Origin: an uncultured Spirochaetaceae bacterium
GTDB taxonomy: Bacteria > Spirochaetota > Spirochaetia > Sphaerochaetales > Sphaerochaetaceae
NCBI GenBank assembly: GCA_964473245.1
Contig: CAYYOL010000008.1
Location: forward strand, 1 to 64,000
DNA: 64,000 bases
Direction of reading: 5' to 3'
Shown: positions 1 to 7,676 of the stretch, in pieces
How the letters are laid out: each line of letters opens with the position of its first letter
Numbering within the stretch: position 1 is the stretch's first letter
Position numbers and translations under genes: made by a program
Notes under the pieces: model-generated
Told to the model about the DNA's origin: nothing
Seen by the model: only the letters and a program-made list of their open reading frames with translations
Database searches by the model: none

Positions 1-51
1 AGATGCTCTCGCTGCCGAGGCGGCACAATTCGTGCGTGATAATCTCCTGTA
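1..51 (+). CDS. C-terminal end of an unidentified gene running in from upstream of the window (…DALAAEAAQFVRDNLL*)
   Basis: Open frame from base 2 to a TAA at 50-52, with no start codon in the window. The product cannot be identified. Confidence 0.25.
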
Positions 52-126
52 ACAAGGAAAGCTTGTTTGACGATTGCCCAAAGATACCGTATCATGCAAG
101 AATCATTCGCTAAAAAGGAGTGAATC

Positions 127-1095
127 ATGCGTACGATCCGTTGGGGAATCATAGGGTGCGGACAAGTGACCGAGATGAAAAGTGGTCCGGCGTTCCAGAA
201 GGTTCCCGGATCCACGCTCACGGCCGTAATGCGCAGAGATGCAGAGAAAGCGGCAGATTATGCGAGACGTCACAATGTACCTCGGTGGTACGACAATGCA
301 ACAGCACTGATCGAGGATCCCGAGGTCGATGCCGTCTATATTGCCACGCCACCCCATGTTCATATGCACTATACCCTCGAAGCAGCCAAAGCGGGGAAAC
401 CTGTCTATTGCGAAAAGCCTCTGGGGTTCCACTATGAGCAGAGCCGTACCATGGTCGAGTACTGCAAGGAGCGGCAAGTTCCACTCTACGTTGCTTATTA
501 TCGGCGAGCTCTACCAAAATTCACGCTAGTGAAAAAACTCCTCTCCGATGGCACGATAGGAACGGTCCGGTCCGTTTCAGTTGTCGCCTCACAATCTCTC
601 AAGCCCGGATACATATATGGATCGGATTGGAAAGTGGATCCCAAGATTGCTGGGGGCGGATTGTTTCACGACGTTGCATGTCATACGCTCGATCTATTGG
701 ACTGGCTCTTTGGACCGATAGTGGAGGCTCGAGGTTTTGCGGGAAGGCAAGAGCGTTACTATGAGGCCGATGATATTGTAAGTGGTAGTTGGGTCTTCGA
801 TTCGGGCGTCCATGGCTCAGGTATCTGGACTTTCCAGGGGTGGGGCGACTACGATTCGGTAGAGATAATAGGATCGCTCGGAACACTTTCATTCAGCGTT
901 ATGGACCTGTTTGCACCACTTACGGTGCGCACCGAGGGAGAGGAGCGAACCATAGGCGTTCCCGATCCTCCAGAACATGTGGCTCAGCCACTGATAGCGG
1001 AAGTCGTGCAGGCATTGCTCGGAAATGGAGTCTGTTCGAGTACTGGAGAGAGTGGTGTGCGAACCGACTGGGTAATGTCACGATTAGCGATTTAG
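127..1095 (+). CDS. Gfo/Idh/MocA family NAD(P)-dependent oxidoreductase
   Basis: 322-aa ORF. N-terminal Rossmann motif IRWGIIGCGQV and the EKP dehydrogenase motif typical of the Gfo/Idh/MocA family. AAAAGGAG ribosome-binding site 7 nt upstream of the ATG. Confidence 0.9.
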   Translation: MRTIRWGIIGCGQVTEMKSGPAFQKVPGSTLTAVMRRDAEKAADYARRHNVPRWYDNATALIEDPEVDAVYIATPPHVHMHYTLEAAKAGKPVYCEKPLGFHYEQSRTMVEYCKERQVPLYVAYYRRALPKFTLVKKLLSDGTIGTVRSVSVVASQSLKPGYIYGSDWKVDPKIAGGGLFHDVACHTLDLLDWLFGPIVEARGFAGRQERYYEADDIVSGSWVFDSGVHGSGIWTFQGWGDYDSVEIIGSLGTLSFSVMDLFAPLTVRTEGEERTIGVPDPPEHVAQPLIAEVVQALLGNGVCSSTGESGVRTDWVMSRLAI

Positions 1096-1114
1096 GAGTC
1101 TACGAGGAGGACGT

Positions 1115-1462
1115 ATGTTTGTATCACACCGAGATGAGATTGAGAAAAAGAGACTGAGTCACCCCGAAATGAAGGGAGTCGAGAAACAGATATTGATCGG
1201 ACCGGATGAAGGATGGCAAGATCATGTCATGCGACTGTTTACCCTTGATAGTGGGGGGTATGCCCCACGACATGCGCATCGGTGGCCTCATATCATGTAT
1301 GCACTCGAGGGGAAGGGGAATCTGTTCATGGACGGTAAAGACTATCCGCTGACTCCCGGTTCAGTTGCATATGTTCCTGCAGATATTGATCACCAGGTCT
1401 CGAACGCAGGTGAGGCATCATTTGTCTTCATGTGTATCGTGCCGAAGATCGGAGAAGCCTGA
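1115..1462 (+). CDS. cupin domain protein
   Basis: 115-aa ORF with the two cupin motifs (HAHRWPHIMYALEG… and …PADIDHQVSN). GGAGGA ribosome-binding site upstream. Confidence 0.8.
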   Translation: MFVSHRDEIEKKRLSHPEMKGVEKQILIGPDEGWQDHVMRLFTLDSGGYAPRHAHRWPHIMYALEGKGNLFMDGKDYPLTPGSVAYVPADIDHQVSNAGEASFVFMCIVPKIGEA

Positions 1463-2639
1463 TATGGAGATAGCTAGCAGTGTCCGTTCACCTCGTTATA
1501 GCACGCTCTTCCCGTACTGCCTTGGTTTGACCGACCCCGCATCGAACAGGCAGAATCTGGAGTCGGCTCGTCCTCTGTTCGATACGGTGACCCCAGAGGA
1601 GACTATGGTGCTGGTAGACAGCATCATGCAGGCTGTAGATGATATCGAGCTGGTCAAAGTGATCGTCACTAGGATGCTTCACTCATTCACGAAGTCGCTC
1701 ACGGCAGAACCACGTCCATTCGAACGAGGTTTGCCATTCATCGATCGGCTTGTAGCTCGCAACGACCAGATCCAGGCAACACTCGAGTCGTTAAAACCCT
1801 CCATTTCTCGGTTCAACAAGGGTACATTCGAGCAGCCGGATAGAGAGCGAGTACTTGAGTTGCTGAAAGAACTCGATATACTTACCGATCAGTATGCCAT
1901 GAAGGAGAATATCCTTTTTCCGGTAGTAGAACGGTTCATAGATGAGAGTAGATGCGTACAGCTCATGTGGGCGATTCACGATGATATCCGCTCGAATTTG
2001 AAGCAGCTGCATAGTGCGCTGAATGACCCTTCGACTGCTCTGAAGGATTTGAATCGACTGTTCGGTCAACTGTTCTTCGATATGAAATCCATGATCTTCA
2101 GAGAGGAACAGGTCCTTCTACCCACAGTGATTCCACGGATTCCACGGAATGAGCTTGTAACCCTCTCTGAAGAACAGCACGAGACGGGACAGGTCGATGC
2201 CTCATCTGCGAAGGCTGCTGCCGATCAGATCGATCTGATAACCGGAAATCCGAGTGCAAAACAGCTCGTTCAGATATTCAACAATCTTCCAGTGGACATC
2301 ACCTTGGTCGATTCAGAGGATAGAGTAGTCTATTTCAATACACCTGAACACCGAATATTCCCTCGAACCAAAGCAGTGATCGGTCGCACCGTACAGAATT
2401 GTCACCCGCCGAAAAGCATGCATGTGGTGCAGCGAATTCTCGATTCATTCCGTGCGAAAGAGCGTGACTCAGCGGATTTTAGAATCTCTGTCGGCGGTAG
2501 GTATGTGTGCATCTCTTATCATGCACTGTACGATGCCGATGGAACCTATGCGGGAACACTTGAGGTCTCACAGGATATCACCGATCTGCGTGAACTCGAG
2601 GGAGAGAAGCGACTGCTTGACTGGGAGCATGGCGAGTGA
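1461..2639 (+). CDS. DUF438/hemerythrin-like + PAS domain protein (COG2461 family)
   Basis: The ORF-track frame starts at 1365, overlapping the cupin gene. I trimmed it to the in-frame ATG at 1461, which has a GGAGAAG ribosome-binding site. The C-terminal 120 aa (VDITLVDSEDRVVYFNTPEHRIFPRT…CHPPKSMHVV…) is a PAS-like module. A close paralog of it occurs at 45081-46322. Confidence 0.75.
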   Translation, partial: DMEIASSVRSPRYSTLFPYCLGLTDPASNRQNLESARPLFDTVTPEETMVLVDSIMQAVDDIELVKVIVTRMLHSFTKSLTAEPRPFERGLPFIDRLVARNDQIQATLESLKPSISRFNKGTFEQPDRERVLELLKELDILTDQYAMKENILFPVVERFIDESRCVQLMWAIHDDIRSNLKQLHSALNDPSTALKDLNRLFGQLFFDMKSMIFREEQVLLPTVIPRIPRNELVTLSEEQHETGQVDASSAKAAADQIDLITGNPSAKQLVQIFNNLPVDITLVDSEDRVVYFNTPEHRIFPRTKAVIGRTVQNCHPPKSMHVVQRILDSFRAKERDSADFRISVGGRYVCISYHALYDADGTYAGTLEVSQDITDLRELEGEKRLLDWEHGE

Positions 2640-2646
2640 CGGTGAG

Positions 2647-3807
2647 TCACTCTGATGCTATCTCTTCTGAACGTTTTTTCGGAAAGAGTTGTTCGATCTC
2701 CTCACGAATGGTTTCTCTGAACGATTTTCTACTCTCCTTGAACAGGAGGTCCATCGTTTTCTTCAGCTGAAGGCGGGTCTCCTTGCTCATATGCGTGTAG
2801 GCTTTGAGAATGGCATACGCGGATTGTAGCTTGTCGCTGGTAAGATCCTCGAGCGTCTCGGCGCCTGTTGCATCGACTAGTTCACAGAAACCTTTCACAA
2901 ACTCCTCACGCTCCTTGATAGAGACCTTGTTTAACCAGGTGCGGATTGCCTGTTTCAATGCAAGGACACCCTTTCCCAGTTCTTCAGCCTCACTGAAGTG
3001 AGGTCCCTCAATTTCCCATGAAAACGGGTCGTGCTGGAGTATGCTCACCTGACTGCTTTCAACAGCAGTGTAGTCTCCTCCATGTTCAAGCAGTATTCCC
3101 ACAATGGAGGATTGGGGAATGAAGGTGGAGATCTTTTTCACCATACTCTGGTAAGGAGAGCTTTCCACTACCTTGCTCTGGAATCCTGGGCCATCATTGT
3201 TGTAGACGGCCTTGATCCGTTTCCGATTTTTAGCCGAGGCTTTCACTGCAGCATAGACGGCAAGGTTGCCTCCCTTCGAGTGGCCTCCTAGAATGAAATT
3301 TCCGGAGAGTTCACCACAGATCCGTTCGAAGTAATCGGCTGCAGCATGCTGAGCTGCAATTTCTTCCATGAAACTCATCTGCAGGTCCTCTTTCCACCCC
3401 ACGAGATTGGTGTCTGTGCCACGAAAAGCCACGAAATGGAGATTCTTCTTCACTGTGAACACCATGGCTGCAAATTGGATGGATTCTTCTGCGTTGAGTT
3501 TTGTTTCGTATAGCTGCAATGGAATGGAGCCGAATCGTTCTGTCTGTGCGACCTGCTCGAGCAAGTGGTGGATTTCAGCGAAAAATCCGAGCGACTCGAT
3601 CTTCTCTTTCTGTTTCTCCATGCATGCTGCGTAGGGTTCGGCAAGTTCGGAGAGTGTCAGGGGAAAAGGTCCTGTTGTATCCGGAACTATCAGCTCGTAC
3701 TCTGCATAGGTAAGGGTGGAGAATATGAGGCTATCGACCTCGTTCACCGGAGCGTGGCTGAATGTCAAATCTCCACGCCAAGTCAGATAATCATACATTG
3801 TGGCCAT
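2647..3807 (-). CDS. alpha/beta-hydrolase, lipase-class-3-like (DUF2974 / Mbeg1-like) protein
   Basis: 386-aa ORF with the nucleophile-elbow motif GGHSKGG and the overall layout of DUF2974 proteins. Start moved to the second ATG, which is preceded by a GAGGAG ribosome-binding site. Confidence 0.7.
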   Translation of the reverse strand: MATMYDYLTWRGDLTFSHAPVNEVDSLIFSTLTYAEYELIVPDTTGPFPLTLSELAEPYAACMEKQKEKIESLGFFAEIHHLLEQVAQTERFGSIPLQLYETKLNAEESIQFAAMVFTVKKNLHFVAFRGTDTNLVGWKEDLQMSFMEEIAAQHAAADYFERICGELSGNFILGGHSKGGNLAVYAAVKASAKNRKRIKAVYNNDGPGFQSKVVESSPYQSMVKKISTFIPQSSIVGILLEHGGDYTAVESSQVSILQHDPFSWEIEGPHFSEAEELGKGVLALKQAIRTWLNKVSIKEREEFVKGFCELVDATGAETLEDLTSDKLQSAYAILKAYTHMSKETRLQLKKTMDLLFKESRKSFRETIREEIEQLFPKKRSEEIASE

Positions 3808-3892
3808 GATCACTCCTCTCTGTTACAGGAAGACTATAGCCGATTCGAAAGGGGAAATCCAGCTCCATTTCGGTAATGCCGACACCAGTCTT

Positions 3893-3994
3893 CCGTGCCA
3901 TTAGGGATGGTCTTTATAGCTGGTGTGCAGTCCCTGTTCATCGTCGTTGATGAAGACACTGGCGGTGATGTTCATAGCGTTCACTAAGGAGAAC
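3893..3994 (-). pseudogene. remnant (about 30 codons) of a yjbQ/UPF0047 paralog
   Basis: Minus-strand translation [30 protein letters not shown] matches residues about 45-75 of the intact YjbQ at 7143-7559 ([28 protein letters not shown]). A 47-nt core is nearly identical at the DNA level. It is bounded by stop codons with no start. Confidence 0.55.
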
Positions 3995-4007
3995 TAGTTA
4001 CACTGCA

Positions 4008-4278
4008 TTATTTATCATGGAAGGAGTTTTTTAATTTGATCCTATACACAACATCTCTTTGCCGAATGGCGAGCAACAGAATAACAAATTCAGAGTCATA
4101 GATTCGGGAGTTGATTCTGTAGTTGCCAATCCTGTACCTCCAGTAGCCCGATAGGTTTTCAGTCAAAAGGTTTGCCAAAGACACGGGGCTCATCGCATCC
4201 CTCGAGTTGCTTAAGGTATTTCAGAATCTTGGTCTTTACGGAGTTGTCTAAATCCGAGAGCTCTTTTCTGCTCGTGTC
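4008..4278 (-). pseudogene. relE: RelE/ParE-family toxin, disrupted (no start codon, +1 frameshift)
   Basis: The N-terminal half (TSRKELSDLDNSVKTKILKYLKQLEGCDEPRVFGKPF) lies in one frame directly after the antitoxin stop. The C-terminal half (LTENLSGYWRYRIGNYRI…VILLLAIRQRDVVY, the RelE/ParE core) lies in another frame. They are joined at a TTTT run (A4 on the + strand, 4166-4169) where removing one T restores GKPLTENLSGYW. No ATG/GTG/TTG start exists in the N-terminal frame. Confidence 0.6.
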
Positions 4279-4518
4279 TCAAACTCTATCTGCCAACCCA
4301 TTTGCCTCTATGACCTCATCAAGTGTGTGCGTCCTGCTGCGTCCGGCTCTGAGATCTTCTTCGCGTTTCTGGGCCAAGTATACCAATTCCAAGTCACTTA
4401 TTTTTTCTAGGAGGGCTTCCTGAATATAATAGGTTTTTGTTCTTCCGGTTTGTTTCGCCAAATTATCGAGACGATCGACCAATTCTTTTGGTAATCGCAC
4501 GGAAACAGATTCACTCAT
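4279..4518 (-). CDS. ribbon-helix-helix antitoxin (ParD/RelB/CopG-like)
   Basis: 79-aa ORF. SVRLPKELVDRLDNLAKQTGRTKTYYIQEAL is a typical RHH DNA-binding N-terminus. It sits immediately upstream of the RelE remnant. Confidence 0.75.
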   Translation of the reverse strand: MSESVSVRLPKELVDRLDNLAKQTGRTKTYYIQEALLEKISDLELVYLAQKREEDLRAGRSRTHTLDEVIEANGLADRV

Positions 4519-4875
4519 AGCATATCCTCCTACTCCTATTATCCTTAGCTTCCGCGATTTTTAACACTCAAACCCGAAACAGGGTGTTTCGGTACATCAC
4601 AGGTTGACCAACCTCAGTACTTAATAATTATAGGTAATGTAACAGAGGACAAGTACCACTCTTTACCTTTTTACTACTGTTCATACCGAAGCCCTGGTCA
4701 ATACAGTGTTCTAAAAATCTTGCTCAGTCTGCGTTTGATAAGGGGGCAGTAGTATTCCAATACTATACTTTTTAGATGAAAATACCTGAATTATAAGTGT
4801 TTTAGCTGATGAGAGACTTGAGACTACCGTTTTAAATTCTCCTATAAGCTAAGTGATGCAGAAGGGGAGGTTACT

Positions 4876-6273
4876 TCAGATATCAAGGAACAAATCGTCT
4901 AATCCTACGAGGATCACTCCATCAAGAGCTGCTTGGATAATCACAGCTTTGGTGAATCCTGACTTGCTGAAGATATAGTAGAAGCACCTATCAACAGTGG
5001 GGTGAACCTCAGTAGCAACCATGAAGTGGTTATACTCGTCCATACCAAATTCCTTGTTACGGAACTTGCATTCACAGAAAATAGCACTTCGATGCTGTTT
5101 ATCGAAAGCTAGAATGTCGATATCGCTCTCTTTTCGAGTTCTCTTGTCAGTTCCCCACCAACGACCCATGGTGTATGGCACGAAAGGAAGTTTTCCAAGC
5201 TTGGCAAGCCGAATGAGGTATTGAGTGCAAATATCTTCAAATACTTCTCCCATATAACTCGGTAGTTGTTCATAGATCTCTAGAGCAGACTGCTTTTCTC
5301 CAAGCAATTCATAATAGCTTCTATTTGCAAAGATGAAGTGATACCAGAATAGGAAGAAATTGTCTTTGATTTGGTATATACTCTTTTTACTGGATTCTTT
5401 CTGTCCTGCAGGGGTTACTTTATCTACCAGCTTCATGTTTTTCAGCGTCTTAATATACTTGGAACATTTAGTTTGCTCTTCATGGATTTTTTGTGCGATA
5501 TCATTAAGGCGACTGGAGCCCGTTGCGATGGCCTCGAAGATGCTGTTGTAGATTGCAGGTTCACGAAGTTCCATCTTCAAGAGATTCTGTGTTTCGTTGG
5601 CAAGAAAAGCTCCCATGCTAAGGATGTTTCGCTCAATATTTTGAGCGATAGTAGCAGTATCACTGAAAGCTTCAAGATAGGATGGTATCCCACCGAGTAT
5701 CCCATAACATACCAGTTTCTCTTCATTAGTATAGTTGGGAAAGAATGCAGCGCTCTGTAGATAGTCAAAGCCCAGCAACTCCAAGGTGTTGGTACTTCGC
5801 CCATAGAGCGGGCTCTTTGCACCCATAACCTCAGATTCCATGAAACTCACACTCGAGCCACATAGAATAAGAAAGAGGTTCTTATCTTTGAAATAATGAT
5901 CGATTGCATGCTGTAAGATGGATGTAATCGTTGGATTCTCTTCTGCTATGAATGGGAACTCGTCAATGATCAAGACGACTTTCTTGTCCGAAATCTGGCT
6001 AGATAGGTACCGGAAAGCCGCATCCCAATCTGCGAACGAACCAAAGGATGATCCGGTGAAATGCGTTTGCAGAGTCTTAGAGAAATCAGAGAGGTTCAAG
6101 CTGTCGTTCTTAGCCTGTGCTGAATAGAAGATTACCTGATGGTTCTTGGCAAACTCCTTTAGAAGAGAGGTTTTTCCTACACGACTTCTCCCATAGAGGA
6201 CAAGGAAGGAGAACTTAGGAGAAGCATAGATTGACTCTAGTAGGTCTAATTCTTTGTCTCTTCCTATGAACAC
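4876..6273 (-). CDS. archaeal-type AAA ATPase with C-terminal DUF234 domain (ATP-binding protein)
   Basis: 465-aa ORF. F-GR--EL start, a Walker A (GRSRVGKTS), a Walker B (VLIIDEF), and a C-terminal restriction-endonuclease-like DUF234 region. GTG start with AGGAGG 7 nt upstream. The gene is visibly more AT-rich than its neighbours. Confidence 0.8.
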   Translation of the reverse strand: MFIGRDKELDLLESIYASPKFSFLVLYGRSRVGKTSLLKEFAKNHQVIFYSAQAKNDSLNLSDFSKTLQTHFTGSSFGSFADWDAAFRYLSSQISDKKVVLIIDEFPFIAEENPTITSILQHAIDHYFKDKNLFLILCGSSVSFMESEVMGAKSPLYGRSTNTLELLGFDYLQSAAFFPNYTNEEKLVCYGILGGIPSYLEAFSDTATIAQNIERNILSMGAFLANETQNLLKMELREPAIYNSIFEAIATGSSRLNDIAQKIHEEQTKCSKYIKTLKNMKLVDKVTPAGQKESSKKSIYQIKDNFFLFWYHFIFANRSYYELLGEKQSALEIYEQLPSYMGEVFEDICTQYLIRLAKLGKLPFVPYTMGRWWGTDKRTRKESDIDILAFDKQHRSAIFCECKFRNKEFGMDEYNHFMVATEVHPTVDRCFYYIFSKSGFTKAVIIQAALDGVILVGLDDLFLDI

Positions 6274-6590
6274 GGTAGCCTCCTAATAATCAAACAATAT
6301 ACTTATGATTATTATACTCGTGATTCCCTAAATGTCAAGGATTGTGTATGTGCCAGCTTTTCTTTCACTTGTACTGAACGATGAATATATGAAGAACTAT
6401 TCATAAAAATTGCTCCTGCTACTTAACATATTTCATGATATTCGCTAGTAACATCTACGTCAATCAATGGATGTAACATAGTAGGTTGTATCGATTGATC
6501 ATTGAACAGGAAGCTGTTATGCAAATACATGCTACAGATACGAGGTGGAAAATCTTTTCATGAGGGTTCAAGCCTGTACATACATAAAAA

Positions 6591-7006
6591 CTATTCCAAG
6601 CTTTTTTCCAGATAGTATCTGCTGCTCGTCTTGGGATAGTTGTTTTGTGTGTACTTCACGGTGTATCCATGCTTTTCATAGAATGGTTTCGCCTGAAAGC
6701 TCATGGTATTTACAACCGAAGTCTTGCATCCGTTATCTTTAGCAAAGGCTTCGGTTTTTCTCAATAATTCACTGCCGATACCACGAAATCGGAATTCTTG
6801 ATCGACCCAGAAAAATTCGATTTCAAGCCATTGCCCGAATAACGAGAATATGATGCCCCTTGCTAGGCACTCGTTCTCGCATGCTGTTAATGAATACTGG
6901 ACTTTCGTCTTTTCTTCCCAAAATTCCTTATTGTATGCACGTAATCGATCGCGTATCTCATTAACAGCTACAACACATCAGGATTTTCGATAATCTTGAA
7001 TTCCAT
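6591..7006 (-). pseudogene. GNAT family N-acetyltransferase, frameshifted near the N-terminus
   Basis: This is not in the ORF track because no ORF of at least 60 aa begins with a start codon here. Manual minus-strand translation gives MEFKIIENPDVL* followed in the +1 frame by VNEIRDRLRAYNKEF…GIIFSLFGQWLEIEFFWVDQEFRFRGIGSELLRKTEAFAKDNGCKTSVVNTMSFQAKPFYEKHGY, which has the acetyl-CoA-binding Q/RxxGxG/A GNAT motif. There is no in-frame start after the shift. Confidence 0.6.
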
Positions 7007-7142
7007 GTAAAATCCCCAAAAATATCCCTATCCGTTCGCAGAAAGTACCGGTAATGATGATATCATGAATGGCCGGTAATTTCAAAATCAATGAAGCTAT
7101 GTTCTTTCTAATCGGCTTTCAATGTGTCAGAATTACAACCTT

Positions 7143-7559
7143 TCATTCCCCGATGATCTTGATCAACACCCGTTTGTCCCGTTTTCCATCGAACTCAAAG
7201 TAGAAGATCTGTTCCCACGTGCCGAAATCCAAGGCTCCATCGGTGATGGCGACCACGGTCTCACGACCCATGATGGTTCTTTTTAGGTGGGCATCGGCAT
7301 TATCTTCGTAACCGTTGTGCTGGTATTGGGAGTAGGGCTTCTCGGGAGCGAGCTTTTCCAACCACTTTTCGTAGTCGTTGTGCAGACCGCGCTCATCGTC
7401 GTTGATGAAGACACTGGCGGTGATGTTCATGGCGTTCACCAGAACAAGACCTTCGGTTACCGCACTCTCAGTGATTGCTTGTTGCACCTGTTGCGTGATA
7501 TTCACCAACCCTCTTCTGGAAGGAATTTTGAAGTGCAACTCTTTTCTATATGATTTCAT
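7143..7559 (-). CDS. yjbQ: YjbQ/UPF0047 family protein (secondary thiamine-phosphate synthase-like)
   Basis: The conserved N-terminus [25 protein letters not shown] and the …[13 protein letters not shown]… C-terminus are typical of YjbQ. Trimmed to the internal Met (the track ORF starts 17 codons earlier). Confidence 0.8.
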   Translation of the reverse strand: MKSYRKELHFKIPSRRGLVNITQQVQQAITESAVTEGLVLVNAMNITASVFINDDERGLHNDYEKWLEKLAPEKPYSQYQHNGYEDNADAHLKRTIMGRETVVAITDGALDFGTWEQIFYFEFDGKRDKRVLIKIIGE

Positions 7560-7676
7560 CTGACTCCTCCTATAGTGAGTCATCGTATCATGAAGTGGCG
7601 GTTCAGGCAAAGAAGCACTTCGATTCGAGTAATATTCTGTTTGTTATTTGTTGGTTGGTAAAGTAGTATATAACTG

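Noticed and set aside
103-1157. Several ORFs of 97-124 aa overlapping the Gfo/Idh/MocA gene (103-477 -, 218-517 -, 599-892 -, 789-1157 +)
   Set aside because: They are out of frame or antisense to a confidently called oxidoreductase gene.
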